The notes: generated from the sequence alone by a model not told the origin. DNA of 64,000 bases from Ylistrum balloti (GCF_031769215.1 NW_026781921.1:124001-188000), one strand, 5' to 3'; numbered from the stretch's first letter, positions 40,290-55,345 are shown. Made by a program: numbers and translations.

Positions 40290-41330
40290 ATACAAGGCTT
40301 AGGTGTGCGGTATTTGGCGTGAAGTGCCGGACAATTGGTGACGGGCGTGAAGTTACGGTTGTGAGACGCCTAGGTGGAGTTGCCGGGCGTGTGGTGCCGG
40401 ACGTGAGATGACCGGCTTAAGTTGTAATGCGTGAGGATCCGGGCGTGAGGTGCCTGACATGGAGTTTCGAACGTGAGGTTCCAGACGTGAAGTGCCGGGC
40501 ATGAGGTGTCGGACACGAAGTTCCGGACGTGAGGTTCCAGACGTGAAGTGCCGGGCGTGAGGTGTCGGACACGAAGTTCCGGACGTGAGGTTCCAGACGT
40601 GAAGTGCCGGGCGTGAGGTGTCGGACACGAAGTTCCGCACGTGAGGTTCCAGACGTAAAGTGCCGGGCGTGAGGTGTCAGACACGAAGTTCCGGACGTGA
40701 AGTGCCGGGCGTGAGGTGTCGGACACGAAGTTCCGGACGTGAGGTTCCAGACGTGAAGTGCCGGGCGTGAGGTGTCGGACATGAAGTTCCGGACGTGAGG
40801 TCCAAGACGTGAAGTGCCGGGCGTGAGGTGTCGGACATGTAGTTCCGGACGTTACCGGGCGTGTGGTGCTGGGCGTGAGGTTGCGGACGTGAGATGCCGG
40901 ACTTAAATTGCTATGCGTGAGGATCCGGGCATGAGGTGCCGGCCATGAAGTGCCGGGCATGTCGAGTGGTGACGGGCGTGAGCTTGTAGGACCCCTAGAT
41001 AGAGTTGCATGGCGTGTGGTGCTGGGCGTGAAGTTGAGGACGTAATATGTCCGGCTTTAGTTGCCATGCATCAGGAGCCGGGCGTGAAGTGCCGACATGA
41101 AGTTACGGACGCAGGGTTCCAAACGTGAAGTGCCGAGCGTGAGATGTTTAAAACTCAGTTGCCGACGTGAGATGCATGGCGGGAGGTGCTGGGACACAGG
41201 TGCCGGGTGTGAGATACATGGGTATAGTTGCCGGACAAAGAGGTGCTTAGCGGGAGGCGCCGGGCGTGTGGTGCCGCTCGTGAGATACCTGGATTTACTT
41301 GCCGGACGTGATTTGCCGGGCATGGGAATG
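40290..41330. repeat. GC/CpG-rich 14-bp satellite with a 56-bp higher-order core (40442-40850)
   Basis: ggcgtgaggtgtcg / gacacgaagttccg / gacgtgaggttcca / gacgtgaagtgccg repeated about 7 times. Confidence 0.9.
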
Positions 41331-42261
41331 ATAGAATAGCAGGTATCAATAAGAAGTAAAGATACGAAAGCTACCTAGATGGTGCAATGATATCACTAGT
41401 TATATGATGAGATTTACTGTAACCGTCAATAGAAGGACACATGTAACCGAGTAAAAACAGGGCAAATATTAGTATCTCCAATCCAGGGATGATGCCTTCA
41501 GATCAATCAGGTCATGTATACACTATCATAAAATCAAATTAGAGACGTTACTTGCCCAAATAGCTCGGCGTATGACTTCTTCAATCGTCACGATACCGGG
41601 AGAGGCGACTAATGTGTCACCCACTAAAATATTAACGGCTCGTCTGGGATTGCTCTTATTGAAACGCTTTATCATTCCCTGTCTTCCTCTAATCTCCTTA
41701 TTATTTTTTTTCTTCATTTTGTTAAATACTTGATAGTGCCTATCTAGACTCTGTCAGTTACACTGAAATACACATTCATATTTTGTCCTTTAAGCAGGTG
41801 CTGTCCTTAATTAATTACAATAACGTGATACACGACAGGGAACGTGAAGCAAGTGCAATTAAGTACAACCTAACAGGATCCTGATATGACGCTGATTGTT
41901 AGGAGAATGTTCAAAAACCAACAAATGCACTTTGTATATACCTCGGATGAAAAAAGCGAAACTAAATGAAAAAATGAAATGAAATAAAAATGTACACTTT
42001 GATTGAAATTGTATCAGATAGATAGAATAGTTATCCAGTTCTATCATGCATACTATACTTGTTCACGTAACAAGCTTTGACAATTCTATCAAAAACGAAA
42101 AGATGTTTCAATGACGTCAAACAAAAACTCAGGTATAACATAGGTTATGAGTTCAAGGTGAAGCGGGCAACGCTTGACAAATCATATACACCTAGTTAGA
42201 TTCAGGTGAGTAGGTAACCACAGGTAGCGAGATACTTAATTAGCATGATAAGATATAACTC

Positions 42262-42640
42262 TCATTAATTATAAAACCAGACATAATGTACTTATATAAC
42301 ATTGTAATAATTATAAACCAGACATAATGTATATGTATAACATTGTAATAATTATAAACCAGACATAATGTACTTATATAACATTGTAATAATTATAAAA
42401 CCAGACATAATGTACATGTATAACATTGTAATAATTATAAAACCAGACATAATGTACATGTATAACATTGTAGTAATTATAAAACCAGATACAATGTACA
42501 TGTATAACATTGTAATAATTATAAAACCAGACACAATGTACGTGTATAACATTGTAATAATTATAAAACCAGACACAATGTACGTGTATAACATTGTAAT
42601 AATTATAAAACCAGATACAATGTACTTGTAAAGCATTATG
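42262..42640. repeat. 41/42-bp minisatellite, about 9 copies
   Basis: taataattataaaaccagacataatgtacatgtataacattg; 14-aa periodic ORFs. Confidence 0.95.
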
Positions 42641-45552
42641 ATAATTATAAGACATGTTGTATTGTTGACAATATATGTTTATTTTTCTGCTATCGGATTA
42701 AGTCACAATCGTTGGTAACTTGGCTAGGATCTATAAGTCTGTCTTTAGAATACTTCCGTTGAAGGTGTTGATAAGATGTACCTTTTGTGACAATTTTAAA
42801 CACTTGATGTCTCGTTTCCGATTGTTTATGATAATATGATATTAGAATGTATATTTACAGTATTCCACTCTCTTTATTAGATACATTAAACTACAGTGCA
42901 AGTACACTTCCCCGTCTACATTATAACATTTAATTTCTGTAAATAGATTCCAACATGTCGGGCCCCTAGCATTACCGACAAGGTATAGTTGTCAGAAGTT
43001 GTTAAAATCATGAAGTCCGTTCGTATTTTACTCAAAATTTTAATGGAAGGTACTATTTTCTTGTATGTTTGAAGATAATGACCTTTTACAAACTTTCATT
43101 ATCTTTTTGTAATATTTGTAAATCAAATGAAGACGTTGTGCTCTCACTTTCTTTACAAATTACAAACTTTCTGAATCTTGCTTTATCAAAACTAGCATAG
43201 AGTTGGTATAGATACTTCCCGTGGGATAAAACACAAGCAATATTCATTCGCATACTTTCCCCGTGTTTTGTTGTATCATTGCATTTATATAAATACAGGT
43301 ATACTATTAAAATATTTTCCTTTGCTGTTTTATGGTATTCACAGAAAACATCCGTGGCATTTCAAAGACTTTTTCACAACATTTTTGAAGGGAAAAAAAG
43401 AAACACATAATTTACACGCTTTTGTTTTCAATTTCTGTCTTGAAATTCGAAGGATATGTAGACCCTGAGAGGAAGCCGGTACCACTACAATATTTGAAGT
43501 CCGGATAAAATGCGGCAATGTGCCCGGTAATTATAGTGAACTAAATCTTATCGACCTGTCTCGTGTTTTGTGTTAGCTTCCTATGTTGTTAATCAATTCC
43601 GGTAAATATCTGGAAATAAATTCCGGACAGATTCGGCTTTAATCATTAGATCATGCTTACGTAGAAACATGTGCGACTTTCAAATGTCAAAACAAACATA
43701 TGCATTACTTCAACTAGAAATTTAGGTCCAGTAATGCATAAAAATCACCTGTGTATGGTTTAGTTGAAACAGTTGTTAAAGTGATACTATTAACCAATTA
43801 AAGAATCACTCAAGTCTGAGATTTTGAAAGTATTTTCCTATCGGGTGTTCTTGTCTTACCTAATTGTTCATACTGACTATTGGCCAATACCTAAAATACA
43901 TTCAATGTAAACCCAAAACCTTCACCAATCCCAAAAATTCAAGGTGTTAGCAGACTTGTTCCTTTTAATGTAGGTTCTTACGGACTTTTTAAAGAGGAGC
44001 AATAGAAAGCCAAAATTAAAATGCGACTATGTGGATTTTTTTCTTTCATGTTTTATCATCTTATCATCAAGATTTTGTAAACATAAGGATATGGCAACCC
44101 AGTAAGATAATGAAACCCAAATGAAGTAAATGAAGGATATTTAAAAATAATAATGATACAATTCCAATTTGTTGTAATTAACATAATTTTTGTGTTGGTA
44201 TATTGATTAGGATGTCATTCAATAACTTCATTACATATCGGTCAGCATGTTTTCGTTACTTCAACATGAATCGCCCCTACAACATCGAATGAGAACACGA
44301 TATAATAGCTACTCTCCAACTTTTCTCGTTCATTTCACGGATCTTTGAAATCGGATTTAACAATAAAAATTTCATACAGTTTATATTATATATTTTTTAG
44401 AGTGAGTAAATAACTTGACCGATAACAAAAACAAACAAACAAATAACAATAACAATCCTGTTTATCTACATTATTCTGTCCAGCTACATAGACAAAAAGT
44501 ACTTTCAGTATCTCTTATCAATATACTTCACTTCCAAATCCAATATTACGCAGAGGAAACACAAGTGAATGCCATCTTTCAGTATAAATCTAGAGTGAGA
44601 AACAGTGGAGTAAAAACAATGAATTAAACTGCATCAATGATGCTGGGGACCTTAAAGTTACAACCTAGGAGGCGACCGTGTAAAATTCAATGATCGAGAA
44701 AAAAACTAAAAATCTAGATGTGAAGTTATAACGTGTCTACTTGTGAATAGAATAAGATGTGGAATATTTATCTAGATGTTTATCTACCCGCTCTCCTCTG
44801 TATTAACAAACGTTAAATCTAACTGGGCAATCTTATAACCTTACAAAACCATTCGTGAAGAAAATGGTACAGTATCGTCACTCTGAGGCGACCTTTTGCT
44901 GTCCGACCGACTAAATGTTGACCCATTGAAAAAAAAAACGACGTGTGGGTTTCCCATTAAACCCGCCTTGTACAAATATTAGTGTCAGCAACTTTATCGT
45001 GATTGATGTAGGTATCAGTTATAGGTTAAGTGTACAGTGGACTTCAAGCCTGTGTAATCATTCTACTGATACCTATATCAATCACACTTCACCTAGGTCT
45101 GGTTACCATTAATATCAACAATTAAAAAACGTATCCTCATGAGCTGTCATTTTCATGTTGAATTACAGATATTTTATTATCATACTATGTATATCCTAGC
45201 ACTTGGATAATACTTTGGTTTTATTGTTTTCGGAATTTCGGTATTTGTCCTTTTCCCCCCAAGAAGTGGGTTGTACTAGCTAATCTAACTGTAAGCGCCC
45301 CTCCCCCACGTATATGTATTTGATACAAGCTGGCAGACGTACAACAACCGTACAACCATGACCTACTAATGATGATATAAACTTGCCAGAAAATTAAGCA
45401 GTTGTTTGGTAAACTGATTTAAATGTGTATTTTCTCTTTTCCTTTTCGGTTTGAATTTTTTTATCTCCAAGTTTGATTTGATTTCACTTTTTTATGTACG
45501 TTGCATCCTTTCAAAAAAAACAACAACTCATTACAACTATAGCCTTTATCTA

Positions 45553-45645
45553 ACTTGGATTGACCTGGGTTACCCTTACTGGTGTTGTCGATGAAGCATC
45601 AAACGTTTACTCTTACGGAACACCTGGACATTTTCTTCCTGTATC
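45553..45645 (+). mobile_element. PLE 3'-tail fragment
   Basis: ttggattgacctggg...ggtgttgtcgatgaagcatcaaacgtttactcttacggaacacctgg. Confidence 0.75.
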
Positions 45646-47332
45646 TATAAATACAATGTCAAAATTTTGCTCTCGTTTCATCAATTGAGATTGATTTTCG
45701 TAAACAGAATCTGATTAAGGTTCTGTTAACGACCAACATATTGCTAGCGATTAATCCAGAGCCTTGAAATTAATTACGACCAATACATAGCCGTTCTTGA
45801 TACAAACATTTAAACTTTTTTAAAAGAAACTTAGAAATGAAAGCAGGACCGATCTGCAATGTGAAATAAGCAGGAGGCTTTGTCTTTCACACGCATTTAA
45901 CATCTTCTGAAGTCCTGAGAGTTCCATTGTTTTTATCGATGCTATCGCGATCTCCAATACATTTATCCTTCGCCATGCTGTAAGCCTGATCGCCTGATTA
46001 AACCTCTAAATATATAATATTGGAGTCCTTATCAGAGTCGATCCAAAACAATACTAACACAGCCTTTCGGACTCCTAATGATATATGCCAAAGATGACAT
46101 TGTTTTCATAAAAACGGACAGTAAATCGGTGACTAGGTTGACACTTGTACTAATATTTCACAACAATGTAAACATCATCCGCTCTATCCTGTTTTAACGT
46201 TCAACCAGACCACCCATTTTTGTGCCAGCAAAATTACAAACATTTCGACAACGTTATTTCGTATCAGCATAGAATGGAATGCACACGACATGTTGAAAGA
46301 ACTCTGAAAGAACTATCGGTGTTGCTTATGATTGCAATATTGCAATAAGACAATCATTAAGTTGATTTGATATAAAGCAATTGTCTAGTGGTAATTAAGT
46401 TTTCTAGCTGGCAAGAAAACACAAAGATTGTTTACACAATAAATGGACTTGATAGTATGTGGATTGTAAAGAGTCCAAAATATTTCTTGACCAATCTTCA
46501 AACATATTTTTTTATTTGAGATATTTTCACACTGTGTAACGCCATACCCATTTCAAACTGATATAACTCTTGTTACGAGAGTTGTCTTCTCCAAGAAAGG
46601 GGGTACAAATATTTTTGTTACCGTTGCTGTAGGAGATTTAGAGGATTCGCGAAGACAGACGAACAACTTATTTCTGATATGCATTACACCGACTCATAAT
46701 GGTACCACATTTATATCCATCTTAAAGAAGAGTTGGTTCCACGTGCTTGTTAGCTCGCTGTCGTTATAATAAGACCAAGTGAAGAGTCATTCCAATGTGT
46801 TCAGGTCCGGTTTGTTCAGTGTGATTACAATATAAAGCGCCGATCGGTTGCCGTATCATTCGTAGATACTATCCACCTAAAATCATAGTTGTTGTGAATA
46901 GGCCAGAGAACAAATGTCAGTTAGCATAATACATTTATCATTTGTTTTAATCCGTCTATTCGAGAAAATTCTTGTTTGTGAATTTAAAAACATTCCCTGT
47001 AGTCTTACTTCCGTTTTGATCCTGACTACTTTTTTATTGATGAACATTTGTTACCTATACGCTGAAGACGACCAAGAGTATTTTCAACGATGAATGTTTA
47101 CAATAGGCCTCTATTGTTATTGAAATAGACTCCCGTTCGTCCAGCGAGTTAACGCTGAGACGCTGTTCACAGAAACACTATGTTTAGTTAACGATAATTG
47201 GCCTAACTTATCTTGAATGATGTTTTGCTTCAGAAAATTTTCAACAAACTAAGCTACGAAACAGCTGTTAATGATAATTATCTAAACGTTATAAGATTGA
47301 TCTGATCAACGGTTTAGAAGTATTAAATAATG

Positions 47333-47460
47333 ACTGGTATTATTTTTCTTGTACTTTTTCAGAAGTGTCTGTGTGTTTGTTTGTTTGTTTGTTTGTTTTT
47401 TGCTTTGGTACATACTTTGCCCTAGTTTTATCAAATTTGAAAATGAATTAAGATTCTGCT
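47333..47460 (+). mobile_element. PLE distal 3'-tail fragment with (TTTG)n
   Basis: ctggtattatttttcttgtactttttcag...tttgccctagttttatc matches 63816-63900. Confidence 0.65.
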
Positions 47461-49099
47461 GATATCGTTTTTATTTCATATGTTAATTTTATTTTATATC
47501 TTTGTCTCATTTTTAATTATTATTATTTTCATATCGTTTAAATGAAATCAACGATTTAAGATGTATCTTTATCAAATTGATATCTTTATTCTTATACAAA
47601 AAGGACTAATTCGAAATAAGGCTGAAGCTGTACTATGTTGCTTGCACAAACCTTCATTGTAATCGGACATGTTTGATAATACGGAAAGATGATCAGACTG
47701 CAGTCAATCGGGGCAAACATCTGATATTGACATTTACCTTTCAACAGTGGCCAAGTATGATCAACAGTCAGCGGTCACTTTTCCATAAGAATACGTACTT
47801 TAGTTATTGGCCACGTGTTTATCATGTAAGCGGGTGGTTTCAGCGCGTGTCGCTCAGAGTTTATAATACAACATACTGATGCCACGTGAGATGTTCGAGG
47901 CATGAAAGTTACAGACCATGCGGAAGATTTCGCTTTGTTTACTGGCACACACAATGATAAACATGTAAGTCATGCATTAATTATCAATAGATAATTATGT
48001 ATTACTTATGTATACATCGTTGCTCTGTGATTATGTCTCTAAGTCTATTATTTCAATAATCTGAATTGGTACGGTTGTAACACCCAGATTGAGGGAAAGT
48101 ACGTCAGGGGTTTGCACTCATGTACAATAAAAGAAAGACAAATTAGAAAAAAAGTTCTTCCGGCTCATATTCTACCAGCTATACATTTGTTATTTACAAG
48201 TATCACACTGGAATTCATCTGATATACATTTCTGGTATGACAGTGATGTTCATCCGATGAAATAGCTAATGTCACAATCATATCCTTTATATGTTATTTA
48301 AAAAAATATTCTTCCCAATGTCAAAATAATATCAGAATGTTAATTGCAAATATCAATATGATAGTCGACCAGGAGTTTGTCATTAATTTGTTTCCGACAA
48401 ACTGATTTATACACCCATTAGGTAGTGGTCAGTGTATCATGTATGACCCTTCCTTGACCAGCGTGCTTGATGTCAACCCTAGCACATATTTGTCTGACAC
48501 ATTTTAAAATGCTGGATAATGCTTTAAACCTTGTAAGTGTTTACTTGGTACATTATACACGTTTATCGTGAAGGATTTATCGGTGTTTTCTTCACCAAAA
48601 CAAAACTTTAACAAAATAGCATTTAAGTTCAACTTATAGGATTTCAGATGAAAACAAAAAAAATGTGTATAGAAAAAAAAGATGCATAAGAAAATTACTG
48701 TACAAAAGAAAAGAAGAACAAGACAAGGCGAGATTTAATATTATGAAAAGACTTTAACCCTGATAGAGCGTCAGATTTGACCACCCCGCTAGTATCGAGG
48801 AACACATGCTACAGAGTACCAACGTATGTGTTTTCCAACTTGATGTTATTTCAACCTGTTGTTATATTGGTGAATACAAAGGACATATCTAAGCAATACT
48901 AGGTAAATCTCTCTTTCTATTTGGCTTTAGAAAAACAAATGACAGAAATTCATCTTTGTAGCTTATTAAACAATGTAGCTATATAGCTCTCATCGTACAT
49001 ATACTCATAGTAATCTCATTGGAATATATTTTACTCCTTTGTGTGATGGTAGCTAGCTTGCCTGGTGGTTCCATTGCTGTTAAACTTTGTTCTCATCTG

Positions 49100-49210
49100 A
49101 CAACGTGAAATTACTAAGGTCGACATGGTAATAATCACGTGACGGGCTCGTTAATGAAGCAGAAGACGCTAATTAATTGGAACACTTGGTCTTACTTTCC
49201 TTGTACGTTT
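49100..49210 (+). mobile_element. PLE 3'-tail fragment
   Basis: gacgggctcgttaatgaagcagaagacgct...ggaacacttggtcttactttcc. Confidence 0.7.
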
Positions 49211-50479
49211 TTTATGTATATACAAGTGAATAGTTCACGTGATGATATTTTGTCCTCATTTTATTGAACTTTTGTTTGAACTCAGGTCCTATTGACATGT
49301 CAGTATTTTCATTAATGGTTTTCGTAATAATGGTAGGAATCAAGATTTATTGACATTTCCTCATTCAACGTAACATGAAATTTATCGAACGAAATGCTGG
49401 CGTTATATCAGGTCATTGAATCGAATTATATAACATAAACTGACGAGAATAACGGGATAAATTGACTGTGACCGAGATGACATACTAAACATTGCACGAG
49501 ATATCATCTATATGGACTGTCAGTAATTTTTCGAGGGGTTCAAAGAGAAAGCTTTTTGACAAGGGAACATCATCATAGTGTTTTAATCCGAGATGATTGC
49601 TGCAGTACATATCCACAATAATAAATTTTCGTTCAAGAAACAAAGATTGCGTTTGAAGCACGGTTCAGGGCGAAGTTCAGGAAAGATACAATTTAGTCAT
49701 ATAACGAATAAAACCAGATTATACAATTGTAATGTTTAGGGTCTAAATCCTGAAATCTAGGGAGTTGGAAAGAAATGACAAAACCAGCTGACAATAACTA
49801 TGTTTAATGTATATTATTGTTGTTGTGATATATTTCATTGTGCGCAGTATTTGTTAAGGATATTGTATATGACATTGTCTCTAAGTGTATCGAGAATTTT
49901 ACCACCAAAACAAACAAGTAAAGGTCACGACTTCCAGGGGTAATCCAACATGATTGAGAAGTATTCGTCATAATGGATCATTATTGATGCTTTTGTCGGA
50001 TCTCCATCGTCCAATACTTTTTCTACTAGTGGAGACTGCAAACAAGAGAGCCTGGGGCTCCTGATATACATGTAAGTCCAGACAGTCTCTTCCGGCAATA
50101 CAATGAATCTTGATACATAGACATGATTAATATCCCCAACAATTTGACAACAACCACAGGCCAAGCACTTGTTGACCATGCCCGTAACCTTCACCTTGGC
50201 GCTGACTCTTCAGAGCCATGGACCCTTGATAACAACACTCTATATACAGTCTATTCAAATGTCCATACCAGCATTTTGAACCTGTCAGGAATGAAGTGAT
50301 GGACGCTTTTGGTTCTGTACATTTATTCTTAAAAGCAAGGTTTTACAGATTGAAAATAGATTCATCTGATATACAAATGTATTTATGGGAAAAATCAGAT
50401 GGATTACTTTTGCTTGGCATGGTAATTAGTAAGAAACTGGTTTTATAATGGCCACAAGATCACCATAGTTACGAAATGT

Positions 50480-50612
50480 CGACAGAATCTTAAACTAAAC
50501 ACATAGAAAGGACAAAAGATGATAAAATTTGGCATCACACAGAGAACCCTGAAAAAAGGCAAGGGCAACATCAGATGTCCCGAAGGTTTCTACTTCATCG
50601 ACGACACACGTC
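50480..50612 (-). mobile_element. PLE 3'-tail fragment with internal deletion
   Basis: cagatgtcccgaagg|tttctacttcatcgacgacacacg. Confidence 0.6.
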
Positions 50613-51254
50613 TAATGATATCATCGTCAGCCCAAGCCGCACAATAACGACAATTAGCGAGGGCAAACAGGCGAAGATTATCATTCTGTCGAGGCGACAA
50701 AACGAAACAAAGGAATTGCAGAATTCAGGCACCATAGAAATTTGTTATTCAGTTTTGTGCGTTTTACAAACTCTATTTCACTTATTGCTTAACCAACGTG
50801 TTACATAACAGTGAGAGCAGTGTTTAAACTTCTGAAAATAAATTAGCCTAATTCAAATCATCGATTATGTATTCAAATATGTATTACTCATTCAGAAAGT
50901 GTAGAGACGGCAGTTTCTAGCTTAACGCGTACAGAAACAATTGTAAATTTCATCTACAGATTTGAAATTTAGATGCGTTTGTCTTGTGGGAATGATTTTG
51001 TTATGAGGCCGTCATGTATCGCTGCTATAGTGCATTGACCTCACAAGACGGAAACCTAATTTACACTCCATCTCAGTGTGTAATATAGACCTGGTGCAAT
51101 ACCAAAATGTAAGTGGGGAAGATGTAGGTTGTTACGATGAATCCCTCTATATGTGTAATAAAGACATATCTACATACTGAAGGAATTTATTAAATAACCA
51201 GTAATAACACAATTTTTTAAGTAATCCGACTTTTTATGAAGAAAACAAGAAATT

Positions 51255-51540
51255 ATCTCCCCTTTATCACAACGAGGTGTGATTGTACCTTTAATCACGT
51301 TAACAAGAGGCGATTTCACCGTCCATCATATTAACATGAGGCAATCACACCCTTTTATCAAGAAAGACGAGACAATCTCACCCTTTTCTCAAGTTAACAC
51401 TTGGCGATCTCATCTTTTATCAGGTAAAGACGAGGCGATCTCACCTTTTACGTGTTAACACGAGGCAATCTCACCTTTTATGAAGACAATACGAGGCAAT
51501 CTCACCTTTTATGAAGACAATACGAGGCAATATCACTATT
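51255..51540. repeat. Degenerate ~31-bp tandem repeat
   Basis: acgaggcaatctcacctttta core repeated about 9 times. Confidence 0.8.
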
Positions 51541-52610
51541 TTCCACTAAAATAATCTAATTTGACAAATAAATAAAATAAACCATCTTCACTTATCTGCT
51601 TGGTGTTCCCAATATGATTTTTACGGTCGATTGCAGTCGGAGATGGCCTTTTCCTATTAATCATGAAAATATTGAGTTTGAATGTGTTATTCGCCTTTGT
51701 TTATGCTGTGGGGTTTTTTCACGATAAGTGCATATGGTGTCTCTACATCCGTAGGAAATTGTTAGGCGATCGTTCTCTTTTGGTCGAGAGCCGAGCACCA
51801 AATGTGATTATTTGCTTCATTTCAGGGTTTTAACACACATATACAAGTACAACGCCATCGATATGACAACGCTTTCCAACAACAGGTATGAAATATCATT
51901 CTAGGTGTTGATAAATATCCCGACCTACGTCACAAAGACAATCTCTTCTGTCAGACGGCTCTCTGGAATTTTAAATACCTCTATAAATCATTGTGTATAC
52001 AAATGCCGGAAGTCACTGCAACCTTGAAAAATAACACAAGAGACATTGAGAATCATCTTTTGCATTTACTCGGCGTAATGTTTATTATTGTTTGTCAGAG
52101 TGTTTTATGTAGTTCTCATGATTTTACGATACAAAAAGGACTTACCGAGCCCCTAACTCTGATAACCTTCAGTAGGATCCCGTTGACAGTACAGATGGCG
52201 CTACAGTGTATTGCATGATAGCATTGGAATACGGTGTGGTTGAATTTTATTTTATTTTTATTTTATAACACGAACAATATTATTTATCTATGGTGTTCGT
52301 TTTCATCAGAAAAGTTCTGTATGTACACGTTTAAAAGCACAAGAAAACATATCAACATAATCATGATACAAACTCATATTGATGGAAACTTGGGCAAATA
52401 TGAACACAAAATGACTATCACGTGGACACCTGAAAAGTACAAGGTGTTATACAAAGAAAGCACAGGTGAATAGCATATTCAATTAAAACATATTTTTAAT
52501 TAGAGATAATAGAGCGAAACAATTATTTAAACTGCATAAAATTATACAACTGTTTGTTTCGCTCTTCTATGACTCGTTAGTGATGCTAATAGACTGGGCG
52601 ACTGAGGATA

Positions 52611-52820
52611 GAAAAAGCGTTCCGGAAGAGTAAACTTCTTCGGCTTTATTGACGATGCCCGCCATGTCTTTTTCAGATGGAAGATACTGCCGGTGGAGTT
52701 AAATCCCCAAGGTTTGCCGTAAAGTCAATGTTTTAAATGTCTTCTGTCGCCTCCAAGGTTTAAAATGTCATGCCCTTAGCATCAATGGAGAGTCATAGAA
52801 GGACGAAACAGCTGTATATC
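52611..52820. mobile_element. PLE tail (minus) joined to a pLTR-like segment with a degenerate hammerhead (plus, 52772-52820)
   Basis: ttccggaagagtaaacttcttcggctttattgacgatgcccgcc then gatactgccggtgga...cccttagcatcaATGGAGAgtcatagaaggacGAAACagctGTA; the CUGANGA box is mutated. Confidence 0.7.
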
Positions 52821-53389
52821 AATGGCTTCAGGTCTCCACGGAGTCATCCTTACAAAGAAAGAGAGTGAATGTTTACATCTGTTTTAATTTCTTATGGAAG
52901 GCACACTCGTTAATGTTTCCAATCTTATCTTTATCCATTTTAAATGAAATAAATGTTTTTGTTTACATTGTTCTGTAGTGATTAGTTTCTGTAACTGTGG
53001 CGATATAATTGGTACAGGTGGGCGATTTATAACAGAGTCGTCAATTAGAACGGAATCAATGGTAGAGATGATAATGAAATTAATGTTTAAGGTTAAACAA
53101 TTGTCGTTAAACGATGCAATCGCCAGGTTTTTGTTTTTCTTTGTTTTTTTTTCTTTGTTTTATTTTGATTATAAAGCAACTAATTGTAAATGAAGTGATG
53201 TGGCAGTGCAACGTGATAACCGAATTGTTTGTTTGTGAAAAGTTTTGTCTTCCAACATCACAAGGTTTATGGTGAGCCTTACGAGAGACTGAAAATTGAA
53301 GAATTCACAAGATCCTCCACAACCTTTGGTGTTAAGGATCGAAGTTGATTCGATATTAATTACAATTTTCGTGAAAATATCGATAACCC

Positions 53390-53490
53390 ACAGGCTAACT
53401 CACAGCACAGGTTTACAGAGATGCAGGGTGATGAGAATTAGAGGAAAGTTTTACGATCGCTATTGTGACCTTATTGAGAATGTTTTGTTT
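53390..53490 (+). mobile_element. PLE RT extreme C-terminal fragment
   Basis: RLTHSTGLQRCRVMRIRGKFYDRYCDLIEN resembles the PLE ...RLKSSLRKFYGRHxDLV motif. Confidence 0.5.
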
Positions 53491-54495
53491 ATATTTTGTC
53501 GTAGTTCTTTTGAATTTGAGTTTGGAAAATTATCCTGCTTTGACATGTTGCTATTTTCTTGTTGCTTTTATCAATCATTTGAGTTGCCAGTGGAAACCTT
53601 TGCATTTGACCCGATAGTTCAACTTCTAGGCAAAACTTAAGAATGTACACGGAAAAAAACATCTTATTCAGCCGTTGCTTCCTACAGGAAAACAATGTTA
53701 TTTCAATGCAGTGAGGACCACCTTGATTGATCACGACTAAAATTGATTATCATTGGATGGTCCGTACATGGACGAAGTTTTATTTTTTCATCAAATTAAA
53801 AAATTCCTGTGTTTCATTTGCGAAAATTTGATAAGCAAACAATCAACTTCGTACACAGTTGAAAGTTGTCAGACATTAGTTTCTTGTCGTGTCGATGGAA
53901 TCTAAGAAAATGTCTAAAACCTTTATCTGTCAAGATAAACTACGATTACATGTAATTCAGCTAAATTTCAATTACTTTTTATTTTTTCAATCAAACATAA
54001 AAATGACGTATTTTCCTACTGACATAGTGTTATGTATGTTGTATATATGATATACTGACACAGTTCTCGTTTACTGTGTCATCACATTTAAATTAACAAC
54101 TAGAATATATGACATACAAGAGTTTCAACACCAGTACATGTCAACACTGTCAGATATCTATATAATCCCAGTTTACTAAAGTTTAGCGACGCACTGCATT
54201 CCGTCATAACTTTATCTTTTTGCGAAATAATATGAACCAAGAAGCAATATTAATATCCAAATCCATATTCTAGGTACAGTAGGTCAATCCGGAGGTTAAA
54301 GGGACATGGTTATCATATGTAAGTATGTCACATGTTGTAACCAAGGTGAATTATTTTAGCGTCCTTGACCAATATTCTACACAGGACAAGGCTAAGGATT
54401 TCAGCCTTGCGACGTGTAGATATATTGTCCGTCTGTTGAATTAATTCAGATACACTCTCGCTGACATTGTTGAACACACGCGAAAAATGTCCCCC

Positions 54496-54780
54496 CCTAC
54501 CCTAGACAGGTTTATCCTCTATGTTAAGACAATATGTTCCTACCCTAGATAGGTACATCCTCTATGTTAAGACAATATGTTCCTACCCTAGACAGGTACA
54601 TCCTCTATGATAAGGCAATATGTTCCTACCCTAGACAGGTTTATCCTCTGTGTTAAGATAATATGTTCCTAACCTAGACAGGAATATCCTCTATGTTAAG
54701 ACAATATGTTCCTACCCTAGACAGGTACATCCTCTATGATAAGACAAAATGTTCCTACCCTAGACAGGAATATCTTGTAT
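54496..54780. repeat. 43-bp minisatellite, about 6.5 copies
   Basis: cctaccctagacaggtttatcctctatgttaagacaatatgtt. Confidence 0.95.
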
Positions 54781-55040
54781 GTTCTAAGGCTAGGACAGGA
54801 GTACCTCTCTTTTATAACTATGACGTCACGTCATAAATACAACGCATTGGGGTAACAGCAAAAACAAAGAAGGCAAGAAAGGGAGGAGGAGGGATCTAAA
54901 GGTTCATTTCCTTAGTGGAGAGATAGGGGGTCACAACATTCAGGAAAAGGTTTCTCATCAAGCCTCGTGTTTGTTAGCTTAATTATCTTTCCCCTTTCCC
55001 CCTATTTCACCCTCAAGCCAGTGAAAGATTTTTGTTTATT

Positions 55041-55084
55041 TTCCGAAAGGGTAAGCGTCTTTTGCCACATCGACGACATCCCCT
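55041..55084 (-). mobile_element. PLE 3'-tail fragment
   Basis: ttccgaaagggtaagcgtcttttgccacatcgacgacatcccc. Confidence 0.65.
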
Positions 55085-55345
55085 CAACTAATCAATACAA
55101 GGAGAAGGTGAATACGTTACAAAACAAGACATTATCTACAGGATTACAATGTGCAAATAGATGACAATAGGAAAATACCATGGACAAAGGTATGTTTTAT
55201 TACAATGCACGGATGTTTCACGTACAAAAACGATGATCATGAAGTCTTTGTTGGAGATGGATAGATCAAAGATTGTACAAAAGACGAACAGGTGAACAGT
55301 ATCATTCTACACAAATTAAGAATTAGATACAGATGGGTCATTCTT

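Noticed and set aside
49925-50290. 89-aa ORF (minus) and ~59-aa ORF (plus), coding-looking composition
   Set aside because: Stops in all frames nearby and no motif I can name.
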